Positions 1 through 9,797 of a stretch of DNA of 64,000 nucleotides are shown here, piece after piece. The stretch lies in the sequence record PV636258.1. The stretch is one strand, 5' to 3'. The number at the start of each line of letters is the position of its first letter. Position 1 is the first letter of the stretch. Made by a program: the position numbers and the translations under genes. The notes below the pieces were generated by a model, which was not told where the DNA came from, did no database searches, and saw nothing but the letters and a program-made list of their open reading frames with translations. The stretch comes from a phage.

Positions 1-54
1 GTCAACAACCCAGAGCCGATAACAGACACCATATGGTTAAAACGCACAAACTGA

Positions 55-393
55 TTAAGGTGCGTTGGTATTGGAGCGGTTGGTAATTATTTCAAAATGC
101 GTCAGTAAACGGTACAGTAATTTCCCACCTATTCTATGGACTATGGTGGTTGACTTTAGGTTAACCACCACACCATCTAGTCTCCCCGTCAACACAAATG
201 TTAAACGAATGCGAAGGATATCACTGCCTTCAGAACGCATTATTTGACAGTCATGGATGTACCCTATTTCTTTCCCTTTGAGGACAAGAGGAACATGTGC
301 GCTTTCCTTTAACAGGGTATCTAAATTTTCAAATAAAGGTTCTTCTTTGTTATTGACGGAATACACCGTCTCTAATATCGGGAATTTATACAT
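55..393 (-). CDS. hypothetical protein (112 aa)
   Basis: ATG at 393..391; abuts upstream ORF stop; no recognisable motif. Confidence 0.45.
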   Translation of the reverse strand: MYKFPILETVYSVNNKEEPLFENLDTLLKESAHVPLVLKGKEIGYIHDCQIMRSEGSDILRIRLTFVLTGRLDGVVVNLKSTTIVHRIGGKLLYRLLTHFEIITNRSNTNAP

Positions 394-394
394 A

Positions 395-856
395 TCATGG
401 CACCAACGTAATCACAATCATGTTGAGTACCGTATCAACCGCGACACCAGAATCTTCTTCATGGATAGTTGATGCACGTAAATGAATGTCAGAAATATAA
501 TTGTCTATATGCATCGATGTCAAATAAGGGCGGTGCTGATACACAGGACGGTTGACCTGAACATATTCACGCAGAATGCTAAATGAAAAGTCTTCACATT
601 GAGTGGTGTCAATGCGCAAAAATCTTTGAGCATGGCAGGTCTTTAACTCGGTCACTTTCCCCAAATAATGGAGGTCTCCGGATGAACCGATACGGAACAT
701 CACGTCTACTTCAGATTTGAAAATTTCGCGTTCAATAAGGGTCGCTGGTGCCCAACAAACTTCTTCCTTGTCTTCTGGGAATAACGTATCGATCACTTCA
801 GGCAATTGGATGTAACCGAAGTTGTGACGAGGGTTGGTCAGTAATTTGTTAGACAT
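395..856 (-). CDS. hypothetical protein (153 aa)
   Basis: ATG at 856 with AGGGG Shine-Dalgarno upstream; start overlaps stop of 849..1091 ORF. Confidence 0.5.
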   Translation of the reverse strand: MSNKLLTNPRHNFGYIQLPEVIDTLFPEDKEEVCWAPATLIEREIFKSEVDVMFRIGSSGDLHYLGKVTELKTCHAQRFLRIDTTQCEDFSFSILREYVQVNRPVYQHRPYLTSMHIDNYISDIHLRASTIHEEDSGVAVDTVLNMIVITLVP

Positions 857-1091
857 TTTGTGCCCCTATTACGTGCTCCGAGGCTTGTTCATAAGCTGTA
901 CGGAGTTCAAGATAAGAATCGGCTAACAGAGGAGATTTTTCATTGCTTCGGTTCATGATTATTTGGTGGTTAACGACAGCACGGCGTAATCTGAGTTCTG
1001 CCACCCAGAATGCTTTTTGTTTGGCGTGTCCTGGACGGGCGCGTAGGTCGTGATAATGCATAGAAGCATGATATATTTCAGAGTTGGTCAT
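849..1091 (-). CDS. hypothetical protein (80 aa), first gene after an early promoter
   Basis: ATG at 1091; sigma70-like promoter and hairpin directly upstream. Confidence 0.5.
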   Translation of the reverse strand: MTNSEIYHASMHYHDLRARPGHAKQKAFWVAELRLRRAVVNHQIIMNRSNEKSPLLADSYLELRTAYEQASEHVIGAQNV

Positions 1092-1141
1092 GATGTAGTA
1101 CCCGCTTTCAATTTGTGGCGTTGGCCAATGAATTACTGGGA

Positions 1142-1170
1142 AGTATAAGCGCAGGATTTATAGAAGTAAA
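1142..1170 (-). promoter_or_regulatory. sigma70-like early promoter TTTACT-N17-TATACT
   Basis: minus strand reads TTTACTtctataaatcctgcgctTATACT immediately after hairpin 1171..1187. Confidence 0.4.
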
Positions 1171-1190
1171 GCCCCTCGATGAGGGGCTGG
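1171..1190 (-). terminator. GC hairpin (gcccctcgatgaggggc), putative terminator
   Basis: perfect stem with 3-4 nt loop downstream of 1196..1582 ORF; short T-run follows on minus strand. Confidence 0.4.
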
Positions 1191-1195
1191 TCGGG

Positions 1196-1582
1196 TTACT
1201 TGATGAAGAGTACCAGAGGCAGGTTTGTGCCCTTGTCTACCACGTACAGAGCGTCATCGCCCTTCTTGAACATCAGCTGGTCGTTCTCGTACATCAGCTG
1301 AGCTTTACGGGCGTCGTTTTGGAAATCTTGGTACAGTTCTGGTTCTTCAGATAACAGTTCCGGGTCGATCAGGTGCACTTCTTTAGATCGCAACTCTTCC
1401 TTGGTCAGCGCCGCCCCGTTACGCAGGGCATCACGCAGGGCACGCAGGATAGAGCGCGGGTATCTCTCCCCGTGGACGTTAAACGCAAAGGGGACTTGTT
1501 TAAGGAACGCTCTGGACTTCGCCAGGCCTTGGATAGGGAAAGAGATGGTGGCTTCTAATACGGCTGGTGTGTTCAGATACAT
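1196..1582 (-). CDS. hypothetical protein (128 aa)
   Basis: ATG at 1582; preceded by promoter-like element. Confidence 0.5.
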   Translation of the reverse strand: MYLNTPAVLEATISFPIQGLAKSRAFLKQVPFAFNVHGERYPRSILRALRDALRNGAALTKEELRSKEVHLIDPELLSEEPELYQDFQNDARKAQLMYENDQLMFKKGDDALYVVDKGTNLPLVLFIK

Positions 1583-1630
1583 GATATAGTCCTTCTGGTC
1601 AAATGTGGCGTTGTTGCCGTGACCTAGAAT

Positions 1631-1658
1631 ACTATAAACCAGGTTTTTGAAAAGTAAA
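1631..1658 (-). promoter_or_regulatory. sigma70-like early promoter TTTACT-N16-TATAGT
   Basis: minus strand TTTACTtttcaaaaacctggttTATAGT after hairpin 1659..1675. Confidence 0.4.
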
Positions 1659-1684
1659 GCCCCTGGGTTAGGGGCTTTGAAAGA

Positions 1685-1909
1685 TCAGCGTTTCAAACTT
1701 GCGGCGAGTCCAGTAACGTCGGTCACGGTTTGGTCAGCCAGAACAATCACGGGCATAGACATGCGTTGCTTACCAGTGATTTTCTGTAATTCTTCCAGCT
1801 TGTAGTCTTTGTCTAGCTTCAGAATTTGGTGTTCAATACCGCGAATGCGACAGATGTTTTCAGCTTGTAAACATTGCGCACAACCTTGTTTGGAATAAAT
1901 CGTAATCAT
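1685..1909 (-). CDS. glutaredoxin/NrdH-like redoxin (74 aa)
   Basis: CAQC active-site motif near N-terminus (KQGCAQC); sits directly downstream of nrdB; AGGTGA SD. Confidence 0.75.
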   Translation of the reverse strand: MITIYSKQGCAQCLQAENICRIRGIEHQILKLDKDYKLEELQKITGKQRMSMPVIVLADQTVTDVTGLAASLKR

Positions 1910-1918
1910 TTCTCACCT

Positions 1919-3022
1919 TTAGGCAAATTTCAGACCGTCGGAGACTGATCCAGTAAGGACACCAGTCAGATAATCAGGGGCTTCCGCTTCCTGTAATGCA
2001 TATTGCATTGTTTTATTATCTAGCCACTCATTTATCCATGGCACCGGATTGTCTTTACGGGCTTGTCCTGGATATGGGTGGCCAATAGCTCCCATACGGT
2101 GTGTTGCCAACCAGTCCACCATTTGATGAAGGATATTTGCATTCAGTCCCAGCATTGAGCCGTCTTTGAACAGATAATTCGCCCATTCTTTTTCTTGGTT
2201 GACAACGTCGACATACACCTGGGTCATTTCGCCGCGCAGTTCTTCTCTAATAATGGCAAAATCAGGGTCCATCAGTGGCAGACGGTTCAGGAAAGTCTGG
2301 GTCAGGATGAGGTGATCTTGCTCATCACGAGCAATCTGGCGGATGATTTTAGCGTTGCCTTCCATTTTGTTGAGGAATTGCATGAAAGCCCAAGAACACG
2401 CGAATGAAACATAGAAACGAACGCCTTCGAGGGAGTTAGCAGCAAACAGAGCACGCCAGAATGCACGCTTGGCGTTCATGATGTCTTCACGGGTGAACGC
2501 GCGTCCAGCCATACGCATCCCGCTGTAACGCACCATGTCGTCGTAGTATACGCTGATCTGTCCGGCGCAATCGACGATCTCCTGAACGTCCAGAACATGG
2601 TCAAAAACGATACCAGGATCATTCACTGTGTTACGAAGGATATGCGTGTAAGATAGTGAGTGGATGGCTTCTTGGCGCGTCCACTCCAGAATAGCAAATT
2701 GCGCTTCTGGTGTTGATGCCCATGGGCCAAACGCTTCGAACGGAGCAGCGCCCTGAATAGAGTCCAGCATGGTTTGGCGTTTCAGGTTGCTGAAGTAGAT
2801 GTGTTGTTCCGCAGCGGATAGAGTGGCAAAGTCCGCTTTGTCTTTGGTGACATCCACTTCTTCCGGACGCCAGAATTGGCTGAGGCCTTTTTCATACCAT
2901 TTTTGAACAAAAGGCCAAGCCACTTTGTCATAACGCTGGATACTTACAGGGTCGCCAAAGAACGGCAAACCTGTATTATCTGAAGATGGGTCAAATACTG
3001 AAAATTGCTTTTGTTCGTTCAT
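1919..3022 (-). CDS. nrdB: ribonucleotide reductase class Ia beta subunit
   Basis: 367 aa; strong resemblance to E. coli NrdB throughout; AGGAAA SD before ATG 3022. Confidence 0.95.
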   Translation of the reverse strand: MNEQKQFSVFDPSSDNTGLPFFGDPVSIQRYDKVAWPFVQKWYEKGLSQFWRPEEVDVTKDKADFATLSAAEQHIYFSNLKRQTMLDSIQGAAPFEAFGPWASTPEAQFAILEWTRQEAIHSLSYTHILRNTVNDPGIVFDHVLDVQEIVDCAGQISVYYDDMVRYSGMRMAGRAFTREDIMNAKRAFWRALFAANSLEGVRFYVSFACSWAFMQFLNKMEGNAKIIRQIARDEQDHLILTQTFLNRLPLMDPDFAIIREELRGEMTQVYVDVVNQEKEWANYLFKDGSMLGLNANILHQMVDWLATHRMGAIGHPYPGQARKDNPVPWINEWLDNKTMQYALQEAEAPDYLTGVLTGSVSDGLKFA

Positions 3023-3092
3023 GTTTATTTCCTGATGAATAAGGGGTGACGAATCACCCCTGATATTAAACGATTGTGTGGTATAGACCTAA

Positions 3093-5369
3093 TCAAACAA
3101 CACAGGTGTCACAAATTTCTTCAACTTGTTTCAGCTCCTCGTCTTCCTTGGAGTCTTTGTTGGTGTTGTAATACAGAGTTTTACCACCCCACATGTAGAA
3201 AGACAGAATATCCTGCATCATAAGAGAGCGCGGGATCTTGCCTTCTGGATATTTCTCTGGGTCATACCATGTGTTGGTGCTGATGGATTGATCTACCCAA
3301 CGTTGTATGACCGCCGCCGTCTTCAGGTATTCAATACAATCCAGATTCCATTTCAGGTCATATAGAGGACCAAGGGTTTCTACATCCGGAACGATCTGTT
3401 TATAGACGCCGTCCTTGCTGCCTTTGATGCTGATGAGACCTTTTGGTGGCTCTATACCGTTCGTTGCGTTCAGCACCTGAGAGGAGCTTTCAGTTGGTGC
3501 TACGGCTAACAACGTGGCGTTACGGATCCCATACTCGGATAGGTTCTGCTTCAGACCTTCCCAGTCAAGACCATAGGCTTGCCCAACAGGCTTTTTGCCA
3601 TTGGGTAGGATGTCCAGCGGGAGAGGCTGAAGGTCGGCTGTTACAAATCCGGAATCATGGATAGTTGACTTCTTACAAGATCCGAAACGCATGGCCAGAC
3701 GGTTGGACGCTTTGACCAAGTAGAAATGAAGATGCGCCATCCACTTGTCTAGAAGTTCTAATCCGATAGGCGATCCATAACCCGTGAAATTCTTGGCCAG
3801 GAAATGTGCGACGTTGACGATACCGATACCCAGAGGACGATATTCTTCTACGGCCAAACGGGCTTGGCGAGCTGGATAGTCCTGATATTCCAACAACATA
3901 TCCAAAGCTGAAACCAGAACGAAAGCAACATCTTCCATTTCTGTTGGATCTTCAAATGCCGTCAGGTTAAATGATGCGAGTGTACATAGGGCAATGCGAC
4001 CATCTTCATCATCATACTGTTGGAACTCACGAGTCGGGAGCGCGATTTCTAAACATAGATTAGAGCTATAAATCGTGTCCAAATTGAACGGACTATACTC
4101 GTTCATGTGATCAACGAATGCGATGTAGATCCGGCCAGTGTCAGAACGCTGGTCTAGTAGCATTTGGAACACTTCTTCAGCTTGCAGCTTTTTGGAACGA
4201 CATAATCCGGCGTCGGCGGCCTTGATCATATTGTCGTACATTTCGCGGAATTTATTGACGTCTGCGAAAAATGCTTCATACATTTCGCGGTTGTCTTTTG
4301 GATCAAACAGGTATAGAGGCTGTTTGTTCACCAGGCGCTCGAACATGACGCGGTTAATCTGAATCCCATAGTCGATACGGCGTTCACGGTTCTCTTCCAA
4401 TCCACGGTTGTTTTTGAGAACAACGACATCATCAAATTGATAATGCCAGATGGGAACATAGCATGTTGCCGATCCACCACGGATACCGCCTTGAGAGCAA
4501 GACTTCAGGGCACCAGTCAAATACTTGATGAATGGAACCAGACCTGTATGGACCATTTCCCCTTTACGGATAGGGCTACCGATGCCACGAATTGCCCCAA
4601 CATCGAATCCGATGCCAGCACGTTTGGAAACATAATCCACGATGCTTTTCGCAGTGGCATTAATTGAGTCCAATGTATCACCAGTTTTGATCAATACACA
4701 AGAGCTGAACTGTCGGGTCGGGGTGCGGACGCCGGACATAATAGGTGTTGGAAGACTGAATTTGCCTGTACTGGCGTATTCATAGAACTTCTTCACCATT
4801 GTCAGTCTGCTTTCTTTATCCCACGCTGAGAATAATGCCATAGCGATTGCCATGTACATGACTTGAGGGGTTTCATAATACACTTTGCTGTCAGAAGAAC
4901 GATCACGCAAAAGATATTTTTGAGTCAGCTGGCCCATTGCTGCCCAAGTGAAATTCTTGTCGCGTTTGTGGTTGATGACTGTGTTAAGTTCTTCGAATTC
5001 TTCTTTAGAGTAAAGTTCGAGGAATTCGCGGTCATAAACACCCAGCTTGGTGTTCTTTGCAAAGATATCCAGCAAATGAGGTGGCTTGTATTGACCATAG
5101 ACAACCTTTCGCAGGTCATACGACTTCAGGCGGGCAGCAACATATTGATAATTGGGTTTATCAACAGAAATTAAGGTGGCCGCAGCTTGGATAATGATAT
5201 CCTGAATGCGTTCGGTTTTCATGTTATCGGTGAATTGAATCTTCGATGCAGCTTCCACCTCAGACACCGATACTCCTTCAAGGCCGTCACATGCTCGTTC
5301 AATAACGGTATGGAGTTTTTCAATGTCAAAGGGGACAGAAGATCCGTCCCGCTTTATGATGTTAATCAT
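3093..5369 (-). CDS. nrdA: ribonucleotide reductase class Ia alpha subunit
   Basis: Near-colinear with E. coli NrdA (ATP cone MINIIKRDGS..., SLPTPIMSGVRTPTRQFSSCVLI, NLCLEIALP); start moved to ATG 5369 with GAGGAT SD rather than track start 5420. Confidence 0.95.
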   Translation of the reverse strand: MINIIKRDGSSVPFDIEKLHTVIERACDGLEGVSVSEVEAASKIQFTDNMKTERIQDIIIQAAATLISVDKPNYQYVAARLKSYDLRKVVYGQYKPPHLLDIFAKNTKLGVYDREFLELYSKEEFEELNTVINHKRDKNFTWAAMGQLTQKYLLRDRSSDSKVYYETPQVMYMAIAMALFSAWDKESRLTMVKKFYEYASTGKFSLPTPIMSGVRTPTRQFSSCVLIKTGDTLDSINATAKSIVDYVSKRAGIGFDVGAIRGIGSPIRKGEMVHTGLVPFIKYLTGALKSCSQGGIRGGSATCYVPIWHYQFDDVVVLKNNRGLEENRERRIDYGIQINRVMFERLVNKQPLYLFDPKDNREMYEAFFADVNKFREMYDNMIKAADAGLCRSKKLQAEEVFQMLLDQRSDTGRIYIAFVDHMNEYSPFNLDTIYSSNLCLEIALPTREFQQYDDEDGRIALCTLASFNLTAFEDPTEMEDVAFVLVSALDMLLEYQDYPARQARLAVEEYRPLGIGIVNVAHFLAKNFTGYGSPIGLELLDKWMAHLHFYLVKASNRLAMRFGSCKKSTIHDSGFVTADLQPLPLDILPNGKKPVGQAYGLDWEGLKQNLSEYGIRNATLLAVAPTESSSQVLNATNGIEPPKGLISIKGSKDGVYKQIVPDVETLGPLYDLKWNLDCIEYLKTAAVIQRWVDQSISTNTWYDPEKYPEGKIPRSLMMQDILSFYMWGGKTLYYNTNKDSKEDEELKQVEEICDTCVV

Positions 5370-5453
5370 AGCGATCCTCGGTTTGTGTTTATGCAGGCTG
5401 TTATTATACACCGCCTCCATGGATTGAAGGCGGCGGGGAAGTTCGTGTGGTAT

Positions 5454-6293
5454 TTAAATGTTGTACAGGTCGTTAATTTCTAACATCAGGCGGGTGAAGT
5501 TGCCGCGACCATTACGATCAGACTTATCGAATTCGATGATGCTGAATGGTTGAACCCACTCTGGATATTCATCTCCGATTTCTACACCGTCAATTTGCAA
5601 GGAACCTGTTTCCAGCTTATTGTTGAAGTCTTTAAAGGAATCCACATACGTCTGTAACGCACTGTCACGCAGTCGCTTGTTAGACTGTTTGATATCTCCA
5701 TTCACGAAGATGTACGAAGAATCTGAAGCACGAGTCAACAAGTTTTTCAGCTGCTCCATATCACATTCCTGTGCTTCTTCAATAATCAGGAAACAATCAT
5801 CGAAAGTCATCCCCTTTACAGTTTCAAGGTCTTGAATTTCTATGATGCGTTTCTCCCACAGATAGTTGAAGAAACCGTCGGAACCCGTATCTGTTTTGAG
5901 AACCTTTTTAAATGTCTGTATGAGCGGCATCAAATAAGGCATCAGCTTTTCATATGTGTCACCAGGCCGGAACCCTGCTGTGGTACCAGTTGGAAGGGGA
6001 GAACGTGTGATGATGATCTTGTTGATTGTTTTGTCTATCAGATGTTTTGCTGCAGCAGATGCACCGCAATAGGATTTGCCTGTACCTGCCGGACCGATTG
6101 CGATAGTGAGGTGTTCGTTTAATGCGGATTGATATGCGAGGTTCTGATTTTCTGAGAGGCCATTGAACGGAGCAATTTTGAAATCACCTTTAGAAAATTT
6201 CATCCAGTCTTCTTCTTTCTGGATGGTGTCTTTCTTACGAGCAGATTTTGTCTTCGCTGGCTTCATGGATACAACTTTAGACGCAGATTGCAT
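5454..6293 (-). CDS. phoH: PhoH-like ATPase
   Basis: Walker A GPAGTGKS, PhoH-like layout; track start is GTG at 6329, ATG 6293 with AGGAAGG SD preferred. Confidence 0.85.
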   Translation of the reverse strand: MQSASKVVSMKPAKTKSARKKDTIQKEEDWMKFSKGDFKIAPFNGLSENQNLAYQSALNEHLTIAIGPAGTGKSYCGASAAAKHLIDKTINKIIITRSPLPTGTTAGFRPGDTYEKLMPYLMPLIQTFKKVLKTDTGSDGFFNYLWEKRIIEIQDLETVKGMTFDDCFLIIEEAQECDMEQLKNLLTRASDSSYIFVNGDIKQSNKRLRDSALQTYVDSFKDFNNKLETGSLQIDGVEIGDEYPEWVQPFSIIEFDKSDRNGRGNFTRLMLEINDLYNI

Positions 6294-6370
6294 GTTGAAC
6301 CTTCCTATATCTACAGGGGTTGTCGACACCTTTAATTAAGCGACACGCCCAGCATACCTGTATATCAGAT

Positions 6371-6395
6371 AAAGAAAAAGGCCGTTTCCGGCCTT
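6371..6395 (-). terminator. rho-independent terminator after endolysin gene
   Basis: hairpin aaggccg/cggcctt followed by TTTTCTTT on the minus strand. Confidence 0.55.
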
Positions 6396-6400
6396 GAGAA

Positions 6401-7195
6401 TTAGCAGAAACTCTTGTATGCTGCCGCCAGTTTAGTATCATACTGGTTTTTCGCATATGCCGGACCATTGTACCGACGAGCAAACTCGGCCCAATTCTTG
6501 TTCTTCAGGGCTTTCCACATATTGGCATCTGCCTTGATGAACTTGACAAATGCCAGAAGGTGAGCGCGTTCACCAGTCAGGAAATCAGTGAACATCTCTT
6601 TGGCATTTGAATAGCCACAGATTTGGCAGTTGAACCCCATGATCTGGAATAGGCCGTAGGAAGCACTCTCGTAAGCGCAGTCCTCGTCAAGGGCGATTGC
6701 ACCCTGAAGGCGTTCCAACTCCGCGTCTCCGCCGATATACCCGCCAGAATTGGGGTTAACCAATGTTGGATAGAGTTGGTACAGAGCATTGGCTCTTGCT
6801 TGCCCGAATTTGGCCGTCACCTTTTTGTACATGATGTGGCGCTCAAACAGAGTTTTGATCTTGCCAGTTTTGGTAAAACCCGTGCCACGGGATTCTACCT
6901 GATTCACAGCTTTCATACTGGCCAGCTCAACACCAAGTTCACGTGCTGCGTCAACCAAGTCCGCTTCGGTCAGATGTTCCTGGTGAGCGTCTCCAGCGTT
7001 TCGGATAGCATAGAAGGTCTTTGGCCCAGCAATACCATCAATAACCAATCCAGCACCTGCCTGAACGGATTTGACAGCATTCTCTGTTGCCTTACCAAAT
7101 ATGCCATCGGCTGTAAGAGAGAAACCGATTTTGTTGAGGCTTTGTTGAAGTGCTTTGACTTCAGAACCTCGGTTGCCAAGTTTTAGAATGGCCAT
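6401..7195 (-). CDS. endolysin: N-terminal peptidoglycan-binding domain plus C-terminal muramidase-like (DUF3380-type) domain
   Basis: N-terminus LKLGNRGSEVKALQQSLNKIGF...DGIFGKATENAV matches PG_binding_1; C-terminal domain resembles phage N-acetylmuramidase family; GGAGGT SD before ATG 7195. Confidence 0.8.
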   Translation of the reverse strand: MAILKLGNRGSEVKALQQSLNKIGFSLTADGIFGKATENAVKSVQAGAGLVIDGIAGPKTFYAIRNAGDAHQEHLTEADLVDAARELGVELASMKAVNQVESRGTGFTKTGKIKTLFERHIMYKKVTAKFGQARANALYQLYPTLVNPNSGGYIGGDAELERLQGAIALDEDCAYESASYGLFQIMGFNCQICGYSNAKEMFTDFLTGERAHLLAFVKFIKADANMWKALKNKNWAEFARRYNGPAYAKNQYDTKLAAAYKSFC

Positions 7196-7262
7196 AAGAA
7201 AATACCTCCGCAATGTATGCGAAGGTATTTAAAGTGAAAGTCGAACTTGAGGAACTGCTGGG

Positions 7263-7598
7263 TCACATCTGAGGCAACAAGGCCGCTATTTTCTCGACCT
7301 TTTGGCGTAGATGGATATACGCTTCTGAAGCCGATATGCCACGTCCTTCTAATGAATCCCGCCCGATGATTTTCACCGACCAGAGTTTCTCATACTGGTG
7401 GTAAGTCATCAAAAAAGATCCACGACACATTTTGATGTCTGCGTCCTCTATGTTTCTGAGTACTTTCCAGTCCGCCTGGCCCAAAGAAATTCTGAGTTCA
7501 TACAGAGCGAGCCTTGACAATTCCAAGTTGCTCTTAGGACTTCCTTCTGGGAAGCCTGACTCGGTTATGACCAAAGCCTCTTGTTTTGTCGGTTTCAT
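7263..7598 (-). CDS. hypothetical protein (111 aa)
   Basis: ATG 7598, ATGA overlap with upstream ORF. Confidence 0.5.
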   Translation of the reverse strand: MKPTKQEALVITESGFPEGSPKSNLELSRLALYELRISLGQADWKVLRNIEDADIKMCRGSFLMTYHQYEKLWSVKIIGRDSLEGRGISASEAYIHLRQKVEKIAALLPQM

Positions 7599-7783
7599 CT
7601 TGATACCACCACTGGCATGATTTCGCTGAAGGACGTACGAACTTCGGTGTCGTACCCGTATTTTTCAAATATTTTCAACATTGCTTGTTCCAGTTCCTCT
7701 TGGAACTGAGGAAAGTGCGCGTTGGGAATTCGGTCGGCAACCCATAGAGCGCCAGGAGAGGCTTGGATAATTGCTCTACTCAT
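7595..7783 (-). CDS. hypothetical protein (62 aa)
   Basis: ATG 7783 with AGGAGA SD. Confidence 0.5.
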   Translation of the reverse strand: MSRAIIQASPGALWVADRIPNAHFPQFQEELEQAMLKIFEKYGYDTEVRTSFSEIMPVVVSR

Positions 7784-7838
7784 GTCTCATTCTCCTACCA
7801 AAACTTTGAAAAAGAGGGGAGAAACCTCCCCCTTGCGG

Positions 7839-8327
7839 TTAAGCCAATTTGTTCACCAGAGTTTCTACTGCGTCGGCGCTCAGTTTACCCATTTTGACAT
7901 ACTGGGATTTCGCTTCACCGCCAGCGGCTTTCACGATATCACTGTTGTCATAACCCTTTTTCGGGAATACCATCACGGAGAATGTTCCGTTGTTCAGCGG
8001 GTTCAGCTGAATACGACCTTTACCGACTACGATGGTGCCGTAAGTTTCGGTATTCGCTTCAACAACGTGGATGTCATGGCCCAGGTCTTTCAGCATGCCA
8101 ACTTTGTCAGCAGTCTTGGCAACTACGGCTTTGTCTACGACAACCTGCTCTACCAGGGTGAAGCCGTTGGTTGCTTTCACTTTGCCGTTCAGCAGATTCA
8201 TGAAGGAAGTTTTGCCACCAGTGAATCCAGCTGCCTGAGCGATGCGGAACATCTCAACTTTTGCAACTTCGGTGTTCAGCTCAAAAGAGATGGTGCCGTT
8301 GGTGATCAGAGTTTTGGTAGTAGCCAT
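7839..8327 (-). CDS. hypothetical protein (162 aa), first gene after early promoter
   Basis: ATG 8327 with GAGGA SD; track start 8363 rejected. Confidence 0.6.
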   Translation of the reverse strand: MATTKTLITNGTISFELNTEVAKVEMFRIAQAAGFTGGKTSFMNLLNGKVKATNGFTLVEQVVVDKAVVAKTADKVGMLKDLGHDIHVVEANTETYGTIVVGKGRIQLNPLNNGTFSVMVFPKKGYDNSDIVKAAGGEAKSQYVKMGKLSADAVETLVNKLA

Positions 8328-8404
8328 GATGTAATTCCTCATAATGTAGTTGGGTCGTTTCACTTTTCATTCGGCGGTGTGTTGTGTACCGCCCTATGTG
8401 AACT

Positions 8405-8433
8405 ATAATAGTGCATCATTATTGAAGAGTAAA
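8405..8433 (-). promoter_or_regulatory. sigma70-like early promoter TTTACTcttcaataa...TATTAT
   Basis: minus strand TTTACTcttcaataatgatgcacTATTAT in AT-rich spacer 8400..8520. Confidence 0.45.
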
Positions 8434-8469
8434 GTCTTTTTCAATAAATTTTTAAATTATTTTTGAAGT

Positions 8470-8500
8470 ATTTTAAAAGGCCTCATAGAACGAGGCCTGA
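8470..8500 (-). terminator. rho-independent terminator
   Basis: hairpin aggcctc/gaggcct followed by TTTTAAAATAC on minus strand, downstream of 8527..8736. Confidence 0.5.
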
Positions 8501-8526
8501 AGGGAAATAATTTGAGTTAAAAAGTT

Positions 8527-8736
8527 TTAGGTCGGCTTCTTTTTCAAATACTGGCGAGCCAAATCCATTTGTTCTTCAGTGATAGGACAACCGCCGAAGT
8601 CCACCATTCCATTCCTCCAACCATGGATGAAACTCTTAGATTCTAAGCCAGATAGGACATATCCTTCACGGGCTTGCATATACCCGCGAAGAATCTCTTC
8701 ATCGTCCATACTATTCAGTTCTTTCAAATCCATCAT
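8527..8736 (-). CDS. hypothetical protein (69 aa)
   Basis: ATG 8736, ATGA overlap with primase stop. Confidence 0.5.
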   Translation of the reverse strand: MMDLKELNSMDDEEILRGYMQAREGYVLSGLESKSFIHGWRNGMVDFGGCPITEEQMDLARQYLKKKPT

Positions 8737-9797
8737 ATCTTCCTCAAGTCAGAAAATCGTAAGGACGCCGACAGTCCCTGATATACGTTCTTGGCCATGA
8801 TCTGAAGCAGATCACGTATCGGGATATTTCCCTTGTCGGGGCGAACCATATCATTGATATCCTTCCACGGTATTTCCGGTGGAAACAGAACGACTTTGAC
8901 TCCGCTGTCTATCATCTTCTGTATACCGTCACAAACTTGTTTGTTCCTGTATTGGTTATCGGGGATATAGATGTCCCCCTTAGCACTTAATAAGTCGGCA
9001 TCGGCAGTCGCAAGACAATTAGGTAGAAACAAGCTATCAATTGGACCTTCTACTACCAACTTTGTTTTGTTCCAAATGATGCGCTCTTCCCCGTAAATCT
9101 TAGTGTCTTCGTTCTTAGGCTTGACAGTGGCATACCGTAATACCCCATCAGGAAGGTTATCGCCGAATGCGCGCCCCTGAACTATCTTCATGCGCCCGTC
9201 TTGGGTCCAGAATGGGATTACCAGCCGCTCATCTTCGGGTATCTTCTTCTGCTTCTCAACATCCGTTTCGAAACTCAGAAGATCTTGACGAAAATTTCTG
9301 CTGTAATATAACAAAGATAACGTGCTCTCCGGCATTCCCCTGCCTTCAACATAACGACGGGCGATATGATCACGGTCAAGAAGATCAAGGCGTATCATAT
9401 TCCCAAGGTGCTCTTCATCCCGTTTGGCGACCCGAGAACCGATACGTGCTGTCTGGGTCAGGCGCTGTAGTGGTTTGAGTTTTTGTAACGGGCGGGAACT
9501 GGTATCCCCCATGATTCTGAATTTTTCAAGGTTGTATTCATTATACAGACGCTCGTCAAACTTCTTCAACCAGAATTCAAACGCCCAACCGCTCATTTCA
9601 TTACAGTTGTGGCACTTGAAACGAAACACATCGTCATCACGATCATAAAAGAAGTGACCACGACGCTTGTTAGCACTCTTCTTAGAATCCCCACATAATG
9701 GGCAACGAAATTTGGCGACAGCGCCAACACGTTCCCAGCTGAATTTATCAAGTCGGGGGGCGAGAAAATTGATGTATTGTTCGTCAAGAAATTTCAT
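8733..9797 (-). CDS. 61: DNA primase (T4 gp61-like)
   Basis: N-terminal zinc ribbon CPLCGDSKKS...CHNC followed by TOPRIM-like region with EGPIDSL acidic motif; size 354 aa as T4 gp61. Confidence 0.85.
   Translation of the reverse strand: MKFLDEQYINFLAPRLDKFSWERVGAVAKFRCPLCGDSKKSANKRRGHFFYDRDDDVFRFKCHNCNEMSGWAFEFWLKKFDERLYNEYNLEKFRIMGDTSSRPLQKLKPLQRLTQTARIGSRVAKRDEEHLGNMIRLDLLDRDHIARRYVEGRGMPESTLSLLYYSRNFRQDLLSFETDVEKQKKIPEDERLVIPFWTQDGRMKIVQGRAFGDNLPDGVLRYATVKPKNEDTKIYGEERIIWNKTKLVVEGPIDSLFLPNCLATADADLLSAKGDIYIPDNQYRNKQVCDGIQKMIDSGVKVVLFPPEIPWKDINDMVRPDKGNIPIRDLLQIMAKNVYQGLSASLRFSDLRKI

Noticed and set aside
7263-7783. Holin candidates next to the endolysin
   Set aside because: Neither adjacent small ORF has a transmembrane segment.
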